From: Polyangiales bacterium
GTDB lineage: Bacteria; Myxococcota_A; Polyangia; Polyangiales; JADJQN01
Length of the DNA stretch: 64,000 nt
NCBI GenBank assembly: GCA_964202905.1
Contig: CAXNJO010000002.1
Coordinates: 728,494 to 792,493, forward strand
Direction of reading: 5' to 3'
A model generated the notes under the pieces. The model did no database searches and was not told where the DNA came from. It was given only the letters and a program-made list of their open reading frames with translations. The translations under genes were made by a program, and so were the position numbers. Shown piece by piece: positions 20,189 through 29,422 of the stretch (the stretch's first letter is position 1; each line of letters opens with the position of its first letter).

Positions 20189-21434
20189 GCGCGGAGGCCG
20201 CCCCGCCCGAGGCCGGGGCCGCACCGTCGGCGCGCGTCACGAGCGCGATCGTCATGCCGAGCCCCATCGCGCCCGCCGCGAGCCAGGCCCAGCCCGAGAG
20301 CGCCGCGCGATCGAGGAGCCAGCCGCTGAGCAGCGGCGCGCTGATCTGCGCGAGCGAGCCGAGCGACTGCGCGAGGCCGAGCACGACGCCCTGCTCCGCG
20401 GCCACCGCGTTGCGTGAGACGAGGCTCGTGAGCGCCGGACGCAGCGGCCCCGTGCCGAAGGCCGCGAGCGTCATCGCGGCCGCGAGCCCGCCGAGCGTGT
20501 ACCCGCTGCCGAGCAGCGCGAACGCCGCGGCCGAGAGCGCGAAGCCCGCGATCGCGACGGGGCGCTCCCCGAAGCGCCGCACCAGCCGCCCTACGAGCCC
20601 GCCCTGGATGAACACACCGAGCAGCCCCGAGTAGGCGAGTACGTAGCCGACCTCGCGCACGCCGAACGCGCGGCCCTCCCACGTGAAGCGACGCGCCGCG
20701 AAGATCGCGAAGCCCGACGTGAACACCGCGAACCCGAACGCGAAGAGGAAGAACTGCACGAGCGACGTCGCGAGCGCGGGGCGCCGGAAATACGGCGCAT
20801 ATGCGCCCCAGTCCGTGAGGCCGAGCCGCTTGCCCGCGGGGCCCGCTTCCCCTGTGGCCGCGAGCGAGGTGGCCGTGCGCAGCGCGCGCTCGTCGGGCAG
20901 CACGAAGGCCGTCGCCGCGATGCTGAGCAGGGAGAGCCCGGCCGCGACGTAGACGGGGACCGCGTAGCCGTACGGCGCGAGCAGGCCGCCGATCGCGGGG
21001 CCGACCATGAAGCCGATGCCGAAGGCGATGCCGATGACCGCGAAGCTGCGCGCGCGATCCTTCGCCTCGGTCACGTCGGCGATGTAGGCCTGCGCGACGG
21101 TGAGGTTGCCGGCGGTCGCGCCGTCGAGCACCCGCGACGCGACGATCATCCAGAGCGTGCTCGCGTTGGCGAGCAGCAGGAAGCCGAGGAACGTGCCCGC
21201 CTGGCTCAGGAGCAGCACCGGCCGTCGCCCGAAGCGGTCCGAGAGCCCGCCGAGGAAGGGCCCGGAGACCAGCTGGCAGAGCGCGTAGCTCGCGCTGACG
21301 ACCCCGATGCCGAAGGGGCTCGCGCCGTAGCGCTCCGCGTAGAACGGGAGCAGCGGGATGATGATCGTCAGGCCGAGGACGTCGACGAGGACGACGAGGA
21401 AGATCGGCAGCAGCGGCGAGCGGGGGCGGAGCAC
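20181..21434 (-). CDS. MFS transporter (TetA/DHA1-like)
   Basis: About 12 TM segments, motif A GGLSDRFGRRPVL, AYIADVT. Confidence 0.93.
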   Translation of the reverse strand: MLRPRSPLLPIFLVVLVDVLGLTIIIPLLPFYAERYGASPFGIGVVSASYALCQLVSGPFLGGLSDRFGRRPVLLLSQAGTFLGFLLLANASTLWMIVASRVLDGATAGNLTVAQAYIADVTEAKDRARSFAVIGIAFGIGFMVGPAIGGLLAPYGYAVPVYVAAGLSLLSIAATAFVLPDERALRTATSLAATGEAGPAGKRLGLTDWGAYAPYFRRPALATSLVQFFLFAFGFAVFTSGFAIFAARRFTWEGRAFGVREVGYVLAYSGLLGVFIQGGLVGRLVRRFGERPVAIAGFALSAAAFALLGSGYTLGGLAAAMTLAAFGTGPLRPALTSLVSRNAVAAEQGVVLGLAQSLGSLAQISAPLLSGWLLDRAALSGWAWLAAGAMGLGMTIALVTRADGAAPASGGAASAHG

Positions 21435-21498
21435 GGAGGCGCGGGAATGTAGAGCGCGGCGGCCGCGCGGTCACGCATCGACGCGCGCCGCGCCCCGA

Positions 21499-22989
21499 TC
21501 AGCGGAAGGCGTCGAAATCGCCCGTGAAATCGCGGCCGACGAGCGTGCCCTCCCAGCTCCCCGGGCGCAGCGCGTTGGGCCCGGCGATCGGCGCGAAGCC
21601 CTTCAGCGTCATCACGTCGAGGCCGAGCCGGCCGCTGCGGATCGTGCTGTCGAGCTCGTCGATGAGCGACGCCACCGCGCCGTCGCACGCGCGCGACACG
21701 GTGCCCGCGAGGCCCGGGTACGAGGGCACGGTCTCGCCCGCGATGCGCCCCACCTCGCCGCAGAAGCCGCTCGTCGCCGCGGTGAGCGCGTCGCGGAAGG
21801 TGCGGTAGCGCCCGTCCGTCGCCTCGTACGTCACGGTGTCGACGAGCCACGCGATGATCGCGCCGATGCTCACGTCGACGTCGTGACGCTCGATCACGAA
21901 GACGCCGCAGGTCGCCGCCGCGTCGAACTCGCTCGGACGGAAGCGCCAATCGAGGATGTCCTCCGGGCGCCCGCGCACCTCGACGCCGCGGTACTCGAAG
22001 CGCGCGTTGAGCCAGGTGTGCGTGCCCTTGTAGAGGTCGCGCAGCACGCCCGGGCGCAGCTCCATGCGCTCGTCGACCTGCCACGTGGAGAGGATGTCGT
22101 TGAGGTCCGCGATGCCGCCGAGCAGGTCGCGCACCCAGGGCGCGAGGTTCGCGTCGGCCCAGTCGCGGAGCGCGGGGGCGATGAGCGCCTCGACCCAGCC
22201 GGGCAGCCCCGACACGCCGAGGGTGTCCGAGTCGCCCGCGATGAAGCGGAACGGCCCCGACACCGCGCCGAGGAAGCCGTCGAGCCACGAGGGGAGCGAC
22301 TCGCGCAGGCGCAACGTGGACGTGAGCGACCAGGTCCCGGTGAGGTCCGGGTTCGTGATGTCGCACAGCGTGCGCGGCCGGCAGGCGCCCGCCTCGCACA
22401 CATCGGTCGCGGGGCACTCGTCGTCCGCGACGCAGCCGTCGCCGCCCGGCGAGGGCGTGCAGCGGCCGGCGATGCAGAGCGTGCCCACGGGGCAGTCGAC
22501 GTGCTCGGCGCAGGCGCACGTGCCGTCGACGCAGCGGAGCGTGCCGGGGCATGTGCCGTCCGGACAGGCGACGGGCACGCGCGGGTCGGGCGTGCAGCGC
22601 GCGGCGATGCAGAGCGTGCCCGCGGCGCACTCCGTGTCGAACTCGCACACCGCGCCGGTGTCGTCGGGCGCGATGCAGACACCCAGGCGGCACTCCGAGG
22701 GCGCCGCGCACGCGGCGCACGTCTCGGCGGGCGGCACGACCAGATCCGGCGGCACGCAGCGCAGCGTCGTGCCGATGGGCCGACACACGAGGCCGGGCGC
22801 GCAGTCCATGAAGGACTCGCACTCGCCCGGCGCGATCGTGCCGAGATCGTCGGCGACGCCGCCGTCCCCCGTGCCGGGCGGTCGCGTGGGCGCGGGATCG
22901 GCGCCTGCGGAGCACGCGGCGAGCGCGAGCAGGCCGAGCGCGAGGAGCCGCGAACAGAAGGGCGCGCGAGTGATCGGGCGGTGCGTCAT
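21499..22989 (-). CDS. Cysteine-rich lipoprotein with an uncharacterised C-terminal domain
   Basis: Lipobox LAAC, repeated C..D.EC..G..C..G.C modules, then a non-repetitive domain. Confidence 0.78.
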   Translation of the reverse strand: MTHRPITRAPFCSRLLALGLLALAACSAGADPAPTRPPGTGDGGVADDLGTIAPGECESFMDCAPGLVCRPIGTTLRCVPPDLVVPPAETCAACAAPSECRLGVCIAPDDTGAVCEFDTECAAGTLCIAARCTPDPRVPVACPDGTCPGTLRCVDGTCACAEHVDCPVGTLCIAGRCTPSPGGDGCVADDECPATDVCEAGACRPRTLCDITNPDLTGTWSLTSTLRLRESLPSWLDGFLGAVSGPFRFIAGDSDTLGVSGLPGWVEALIAPALRDWADANLAPWVRDLLGGIADLNDILSTWQVDERMELRPGVLRDLYKGTHTWLNARFEYRGVEVRGRPEDILDWRFRPSEFDAAATCGVFVIERHDVDVSIGAIIAWLVDTVTYEATDGRYRTFRDALTAATSGFCGEVGRIAGETVPSYPGLAGTVSRACDGAVASLIDELDSTIRSGRLGLDVMTLKGFAPIAGPNALRPGSWEGTLVGRDFTGDFDAFR

Positions 22990-23276
22990 GGTCGGCGTGG
23001 GGCTCCTGCGGCCTTGTAACCCGCGGGGCGCGCGGCTGTCATCTGCGCTCGCACGGCACGCCTCCGCGCTTGAAAGCGCGCGGTCACCATGCCAGCATCC
23101 GCATCGTTCGCAGTCGCCGTGCAGCCTCCGTGCAGCGCGGCAGCGGGTGCGGAGCCGAGGTGGCGCGTGGGGCTTGCCCAACGCTGCGTGGCCCATGCCC
23201 GGCCCTCCAGCAGGGGTCGCCATCCCCCGAGTCGCGCCCCGCTCCCGGGGCCCTCCAATGGCCGAGACAATCACCA

Positions 23277-26200
23277 ATGGCTCACACGCCGATGGCCGAC
23301 AATCCGATGGAATCGCCCCTCGAACCGGGCGACGAGTTCGACGACGAACGCGACGAGCGCGACGAGCGCGACGAGGACGACGACGACGCCCCCCCGGCGC
23401 ACGCCGCGCATACACACTCCGCCAGCGTGATCGGCGGCCAGATCGCGAAGCTCTCCGATCGCGCGATCCAGCGCCTCGTCGGCGGCAACGCCTTCATCCG
23501 CGGCCGCGTCTACGCGCGCCGCAGCGCGGTGAGCGAGCTGGTCGCCGAGGGCACGTCGGCGAGCGCGCGCGTCCGCGGTCGCACCGACGATCCGTACACC
23601 GTGCACCTCGCGCAGGCCGCCGACGGGCAGGTGCACTCGCAGTGCAGCTGCCCCGCGTGGAAGGGCCCGACGGGCCACTGCAAGCACGTCGCGGCGCTGC
23701 TCGTCGCGCTCCGCGATCGCGAGCGCCCCGCGCGTCCGAAACAAGCCGAGCCGGGCCCCGCTGCGGCCGCGCCCGCGCCGCAGGGAGCGCCCACCGCGGT
23801 GCGCGATGGTCTCGACGACGACGAGCGCGCCAACGGCGCAGGGCCGGGCGGCGCACAGACGGTCTCCGTCGGTGGCAAGCGCCGTCGCTCACGCCGCAGG
23901 CGGCGGGGCGCGGCGGGCGAGGCGACGCCGGCCGCGGTGCCGGCGGCGATCGAGACGCGCGTCCACGCGCCCGCGCCCGACCTCGGCGCGCTCCGCGTCC
24001 CGCATGCGCCGCAGGACCGCGGCGGACTCGACGCATGGCTCGCCCCGGACGACGCGAGCGTGCGCCCCGTCGAGCTCGAGTACCGGCTCGTCGTGCGCGC
24101 CGCGTCGATCGCGATCACGCCCGTCTTGAGTGGGACGCGGCAGCCCGTGCCGCTCGTCGACGCGCTCGCGGCCTTCAACCTCATCGCGGTGCACGATCGC
24201 GCGCTGCTCCGCGCCCTCGCGCGCCACGTCACGCGCGGAACCCCCGCGACGGCCGAGCTGCGCGGCGAGGACGCCGCCGAGGTGCTCTCGCTGCTGCGCG
24301 GGCGACGCATCGTGCTCGAGCCCGCGAGCATGGAGCTCCGCTTCGCCGACGAGCCCCTCCGCCCCAAGCTCGAGCTCGATCTCGCGACCGGCCCCGGCCA
24401 CGATGGCAAGAGCGGTCCCGCGGTCCGCGTGCGCGTCGTGTTCGAGCTCGCGCGCGGCGGCCGCCGCTTCCCGCTCTCGTCGGGGGCGTGGTTCGAGGGC
24501 ACGCCGAGCTGGCACATCGACACCACGGAAGGTGTCGCGCGCCCCATCGTCGACACCGTCACGCCCGCGTGGCTGCAGCGCCTCTACCGTTCGCCCGCGC
24601 TCGTGCACCCGGTCACGGATCTGCCGCGGCTGCTCACCGATTTCGTGCCCCGCGTCGCGAACTCGCTCTCGACGGATCTGCCCGAGCTCGCGTCGGTGGC
24701 CGACCTCGTCGACGCGCCGCCGCACTTCCAGCTCAAGGCCGACGGCGATCTCATCGAGGCGCGCGCGCGCCTGAAGGTCGTCTACCAGGAGCAGGAGCTC
24801 GACGTGCCCGTCGCGGGGCTCCCCTCCCCGCTCGCCTTCCTCCCGCCCGTGTCCCGCGGGCTCGACACGCGGGCCGCGCGGCCGCGCATCGTGCGCCGTG
24901 ACGTCGGCGCGGAGCTCGTCGCGCTGCAGCAGCTGCTCAGTCTCGGCTTCGAGCCGGACGCGAAGGCGGGCGACCTCGTGATCCGTGGGGACAAGGCGAT
25001 CGCCTTCTGGACGGAGGGCGTCGGTTCGCTCCCGGAGGACTGGGATCGTTTCATCCCCAACGATCTCGTCGACGTCACGATCCGCACCGGCGCGGTCTCG
25101 CCGCGGATGCGCGTATCGAGCGGCGTCGACTGGCTCTCGCTCGACATGAGCTTCGACGTCGACGGCGTCGCGGTCGACGAAGACGAGCTGCGCATGTGCC
25201 TCGAGAAGGGGCGCCGCCTCGTGAAGCTCGCCGACGGTACGTACGCGCCCGTGCAGCGCGAGCAGGTCGGCGAGGTGCTCGCGCGCATGGCGGAGATCGT
25301 CGCGTCGAGCGGCAGCCGCAAGAAGGTGCCGCTCTCGCAGGCGGGTCGCGTGCAGGATCTCCTCCGGCTCGTCAGCGACTCCATCGTCGCGACGCCGACC
25401 AAGGAGATCTTCAGCAAGTTCGGCGACGTCAGCAACATCGAGTCCATCGCGAAGCCACGTCAGCTCAAGGCGAGCCTCCGCGAGTACCAGAAGGAGGGCT
25501 TCTCCTGGCTCGTGTTCCTGCACAACATGAACACCGGCGGGATCCTCGCGGACGACATGGGTCTCGGCAAGACGCTGCAGACAATCGCCCTGCTCTGCTG
25601 GCTCAAGCAGAAGGACAAGAAGGGCCTCTCGCTCGTCGTCGCGCCCACGTCGGTCGTGCCGAACTGGCAGCGCGAGATCGAGAAGTTCGCGCCGCAACTC
25701 ACCGTCGTCGTGTGGCAGGGCGCCGACCGCCACGAGCAGGCGCAGGCGGCCGCCGAGGCCGACGTCCTCATCACGAGCTACTCGCTCTTGCGGCGCGACG
25801 AGGAGTTCCTCGGCACGCTCGACCTCAAGTACGCGATCCTCGACGAGGCGCAGCACATCAAGAACCCGCTCTCGGCGACCGCGCGCGCGGCCAAGCGGCT
25901 CCAGAGCGAGCGGCGCCTCGCGCTCACCGGCACGCCCATCGAGAACCGCCTCAGCGAGTTCTGGTCGATCTTCGACTTCGTCGCGCCGAACATGCTCGGC
26001 TCGCTCAAGGTCTTCGAAGAGCAGTACGGGCGGCCGATCGAGCGCGGCGACCTCGAGTCCGCGCAGAAGCTCGGCGCGACCGTGCGCCCCTTCGTCAAGC
26101 GCCGCACCAAGGGCGAGGTCGAGAAGGACCTCCCCGCGAAGATCGAGCAGGAGATCATCGTCCCGCTCGCCGAAGAGCAGTCGAAGCTCTACAAGCAGAT

Positions 26201-26873
26201 GACCAAGCAGATCCGCGATTCGCTGCTCTCGACCGTCGAGGAGAAGGGCATCGCGAAGTCGCAGATCCAGATCCTCGCCGCGCTCACGCGCCTGCGGCAG
26301 GTGGCTTGCGATCCGCGCCTGCTGAAGCTCCCCGGCGACTTCGATCACGAGGAGAGCGGCAAGCTCAACGCACTCCGTGAGATCATCAGCGAGGCCGTGA
26401 GCGGCGGGCACCGCGTGCTCGTCTTCTCGCAGTTCGTCGAGATGCTGCGCCTCATCCGCGAGGCGCTCGATTCCGACGGCGTCGTCTACGAGTACCTCGA
26501 CGGCAGCACGCCGAGCGAAGAGCGGCAGGGCAAGGTCGACCGCTTCAACACGGACATGAGCGTCAACGCCTTCCTCATCTCGCTGAAGGCGGGCGGCACC
26601 GGCCTCAACCTCACCGGCGCCGACACGGTCATTCACTTCGATCCGTGGTGGAACCCGGCCGTCGAGGACCAGGCGACCGACCGCGCGCACCGCATCGGCC
26701 AGACCAAGGTCGTGACCGTCTACCGCCTCATCGCGCGCGGCACCGTCGAGGAGAAGATCCTCCAGCTGAGCGGCAAGAAGCGCGCGCTCGTCGAGAACGT
26801 GCTCGCCTCCGAGGGCGCGGTGCTCAAGGGTCTCACGAAGCAGGACGTCGACGACCTCTTCAGCGAGGAGTGA
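23277..26873 (+). CDS. SWIM zinc finger / SNF2-family helicase
   Basis: CSC...CKHVAALL SWIM; LADDMGLGKT, DEAQHIKN, TGTPIEN, QATDRAHRIGQ. Start may be 23277, 23292 or 23307. Confidence 0.93.
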   Translation: MAHTPMADNPMESPLEPGDEFDDERDERDERDEDDDDAPPAHAAHTHSASVIGGQIAKLSDRAIQRLVGGNAFIRGRVYARRSAVSELVAEGTSASARVRGRTDDPYTVHLAQAADGQVHSQCSCPAWKGPTGHCKHVAALLVALRDRERPARPKQAEPGPAAAAPAPQGAPTAVRDGLDDDERANGAGPGGAQTVSVGGKRRRSRRRRRGAAGEATPAAVPAAIETRVHAPAPDLGALRVPHAPQDRGGLDAWLAPDDASVRPVELEYRLVVRAASIAITPVLSGTRQPVPLVDALAAFNLIAVHDRALLRALARHVTRGTPATAELRGEDAAEVLSLLRGRRIVLEPASMELRFADEPLRPKLELDLATGPGHDGKSGPAVRVRVVFELARGGRRFPLSSGAWFEGTPSWHIDTTEGVARPIVDTVTPAWLQRLYRSPALVHPVTDLPRLLTDFVPRVANSLSTDLPELASVADLVDAPPHFQLKADGDLIEARARLKVVYQEQELDVPVAGLPSPLAFLPPVSRGLDTRAARPRIVRRDVGAELVALQQLLSLGFEPDAKAGDLVIRGDKAIAFWTEGVGSLPEDWDRFIPNDLVDVTIRTGAVSPRMRVSSGVDWLSLDMSFDVDGVAVDEDELRMCLEKGRRLVKLADGTYAPVQREQVGEVLARMAEIVASSGSRKKVPLSQAGRVQDLLRLVSDSIVATPTKEIFSKFGDVSNIESIAKPRQLKASLREYQKEGFSWLVFLHNMNTGGILADDMGLGKTLQTIALLCWLKQKDKKGLSLVVAPTSVVPNWQREIEKFAPQLTVVVWQGADRHEQAQAAAEADVLITSYSLLRRDEEFLGTLDLKYAILDEAQHIKNPLSATARAAKRLQSERRLALTGTPIENRLSEFWSIFDFVAPNMLGSLKVFEEQYGRPIERGDLESAQKLGATVRPFVKRRTKGEVEKDLPAKIEQEIIVPLAEEQSKLYKQMTKQIRDSLLSTVEEKGIAKSQIQILAALTRLRQVACDPRLLKLPGDFDHEESGKLNALREIISEAVSGGHRVLVFSQFVEMLRLIREALDSDGVVYEYLDGSTPSEERQGKVDRFNTDMSVNAFLISLKAGGTGLNLTGADTVIHFDPWWNPAVEDQATDRAHRIGQTKVVTVYRLIARGTVEEKILQLSGKKRALVENVLASEGAVLKGLTKQDVDDLFSEE

Positions 26874-26888
26874 CGCCGGTCATGCGAT

Positions 26889-26922
26889 TCGCGCATCGCG
26901 ATTCGGGAATGGCGATGCGCGA
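26889..26922. terminator. Stem-loop between convergent genes (possible bidirectional terminator)
   Basis: TCGCGCATCGC (26889-26899) pairs with GCGATGCGCGA (26912-26922); no U-tract. Confidence 0.45.
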
Positions 26923-26982
26923 CTCCCGGATCGCACGATGCGCCACGCATGCAGCGCGGCCCGGTCGCGGCGCGCGGCGCCC

Positions 26983-29256
26983 TCAGGGCACCATCGGCGC
27001 GCGGGTCTCGGCGAGCTCCCACATGCGGAGGTAGCCCTCGGCCGAGCGGAACAGGGGCTCGAGGTCGGCATCCGTCGCGCCCGTGCGGCGCGCGTCTTCG
27101 ATGAGCTCGGGCAGCAGCCCGATGTGCGAGAGGCCCTCGGTGTTGAAATCGACGACGCGCTCGCCGAGGTGCGGCTCCGTGAAGGTGACGTCGCCCGCGT
27201 ACGAGTCGAACGGATAGGTGACGGGGTTGGTCTGCGGCTCGGAGCAGCCCGCACGCTCGCCGAAGCGCGGCCCGGGCGCCCCGGCGAAGCCGTTCAGGTC
27301 GAAACCGAAGCCCTCGGCGGGGTAGCCGCCGACGGCCGCGATGTCCCGCGCGGCGTTGACGATTCCGTCCGCCATCGAGCCGGGGCGCGCCGGGTCCGCG
27401 CAGCGGCCGAGACCTGACTTCGAGATGCCGCCGAGCGCGTAGAGGCGCCCGTTGTTGGTGTTGCCGTGCGTGCCCGCGGCCGGGTAGCGGTTCGCCTCGA
27501 GGAGCTCGAACACGCGCTGGTACGAGCGCTGCGGGAGGTGATCGATCTCGAGGATCATCCCGCGGCGCATCATCTCGCGGACGAGCACCTCGCCGAGCGC
27601 GCTGAGCCCGTGACTCTGGCAGTAGTCGCCACGGAGCGGACCGGAAGAAATCTGGCTGAGGAAGGGGACGAGCGTCGCGACGGGCGCCTCCGCGAACCCC
27701 GTCATGTCGTTGGGCGGTGCGGAGGCGAACTCCGCGCGCGGCATGTTCAGACCGCCGAGCTCGACGTCACCGCGATCGAAGACGGTGGGGAGATCCGGGC
27801 AGTCCTCGGTGTAGCTCGACCAGTGGCCGCTGTTGATGAAGCCGCCGATCTCGCCGATCGGGCGGTCGCCGTCGCCGGCGGAGAAGGCGTTGTCGTACTT
27901 GTGCACGGGGAAGATCGCGCGCACGCCGAGGTCGTAGTAGCGCTGCACCTGCGCGGCGACGTACGCCGCGTCGCACGTGGGGAAGCCCTCGCGCGGGACG
28001 AGGAAACAGTCGAAGAGGTTGGAGGTCTCGATGCCGAGCAACACGGCGAGCTTGCCCTCCGCGATGACCGCGCGCGCCTCCGCGGGCGTCTTGACGACGC
28101 GGAACCAGCCGCGTCCCGGGCCGCCGCTCTGAGCGTCGATGTAGCGCTCGAGGTTGAACGTCTCCTCGATGCTGCGATCGACCGCGACCATGTCGTTGCA
28201 CGAGTAGCGGACGCGGTGGACGCCCTGCCCCGTGAAGAGGTCACAGAGCACGGAGTTGGTCGTCGCGTGCTGCACGAGCAGGCGCAGCCCGCCGAGGTAC
28301 GCGCGCTCGAGCCAGCGGTAGTACATCGTCTGGTGCGTCGAGCTGAAGGGCGCCGCGGGCCACGCGGTGAACGCCGGGTAGCCCGCCGTCTCGTGGTTGA
28401 AGCCAGGCGTGCGCCCCGAGAGCAGCGTGGGCAGCAGCGCGTCGACGTCCAGCCCCCCGGAGATCCCCTGATCGAAGGCGTAGCCGAGCAGGTCACGGCG
28501 CCCGCCGGTGCCATGGAAGATCGAGCAATCCGGCAGCGCATGCTCGACGCCGAGCCGGTGGAAGGGCGCGCCGTGCGCGATGCCACCGCCGCCGAAACCG
28601 AAGCTCGTCATCATGTGCGCGTGCGTGTCGACGATGCCGAAGAGCGAGCCGTCGGCGAAGGTGCGCGGCTCGACGGCGCCCGTCGCGTCGAGGGTCAGTT
28701 CGGGGTGGGCGCGGCAGCCCTCGGCCGGATAGAGCGCGACGACCGCGGCGCCCGACGCGTCGCCCGTGAGCGTGCCCGCCCGCGTGAGGAACTTCTCGCT
28801 CTTGCGGTGCCGCAACTGGAAGCGCTCCGGGTCGGTCGGCGCGGCCTGCAACGCCCACTCCGCGCCCGACACGTACGAATCGTCGACCGTCAGCACGTCG
28901 GACATCAGCGCGTCTTCGCGGAGAAGCGGGCCATCCTCGGCCACGAGGTAGCGCCCCTCGGCGTCGTAGAAGAGGTACGTGCCGAGGTCGGACGCCTTCA
29001 GGAAGAAGCGCGCGCCGGTCTCGGCCGTGCGCGCGGTGAAGCGGAACGCCGCGCCCGACTCCGTCGCCGCCAACCAGCGCGTGTCGTCGCTGCCGGGGTC
29101 CGTCGCGTCGAGGGCGTAGCAGCCGTCCGCGAAGGCGTAGAGGCCCTCGTTCGCCGGGGGCGGAGGCCGCAGGACCGGCGGCTCCGCGGCCGTCTCGCAG
29201 GAGGCGACGAGGCCGAGCACGAGCGCGGAGCAGACGAGGCGAGGGCGAATCGACAT
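26983..29256 (-). CDS. Amidohydrolase (M19 membrane dipeptidase / ceramide deacylase-like) lipoprotein
   Basis: Lipobox VASC, DTHAH metal motif, LGIE, PVHKYDN, EIDH, GFDLNG, HIGLLPELIED. Confidence 0.75.
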   Translation of the reverse strand: MSIRPRLVCSALVLGLVASCETAAEPPVLRPPPPANEGLYAFADGCYALDATDPGSDDTRWLAATESGAAFRFTARTAETGARFFLKASDLGTYLFYDAEGRYLVAEDGPLLREDALMSDVLTVDDSYVSGAEWALQAAPTDPERFQLRHRKSEKFLTRAGTLTGDASGAAVVALYPAEGCRAHPELTLDATGAVEPRTFADGSLFGIVDTHAHMMTSFGFGGGGIAHGAPFHRLGVEHALPDCSIFHGTGGRRDLLGYAFDQGISGGLDVDALLPTLLSGRTPGFNHETAGYPAFTAWPAAPFSSTHQTMYYRWLERAYLGGLRLLVQHATTNSVLCDLFTGQGVHRVRYSCNDMVAVDRSIEETFNLERYIDAQSGGPGRGWFRVVKTPAEARAVIAEGKLAVLLGIETSNLFDCFLVPREGFPTCDAAYVAAQVQRYYDLGVRAIFPVHKYDNAFSAGDGDRPIGEIGGFINSGHWSSYTEDCPDLPTVFDRGDVELGGLNMPRAEFASAPPNDMTGFAEAPVATLVPFLSQISSGPLRGDYCQSHGLSALGEVLVREMMRRGMILEIDHLPQRSYQRVFELLEANRYPAAGTHGNTNNGRLYALGGISKSGLGRCADPARPGSMADGIVNAARDIAAVGGYPAEGFGFDLNGFAGAPGPRFGERAGCSEPQTNPVTYPFDSYAGDVTFTEPHLGERVVDFNTEGLSHIGLLPELIEDARRTGATDADLEPLFRSAEGYLRMWELAETRAPMVP

Positions 29257-29422
29257 GGGCGCAAGCCTACGTGAGGCGGCACGGTGGCGTCGACCAAACG
29301 CGCAGCGCCTGCATCGCGCGCGAAGCGGGCCGGCATGCGCCAAAACCCCTCGCGAAACCAACGAGAAAGGCCGGGAGACTCACGCCCCCCGGCCCTCGGC
29401 TCGATGCCGCGCGTCGCCCCGA

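Noticed and set aside
23335..23390. GACGAGCGC short repeats
   Set aside because: They encode the acidic low-complexity N-terminus (DERDERDE) of SNF2
23277..26873. SNF2 helicase as part of an anti-phage system (DISARM/Zorya-type)
   Set aside because: Stand-alone SWIM-SNF2 with host-like codon usage and no methylase or other defence partners adjacent
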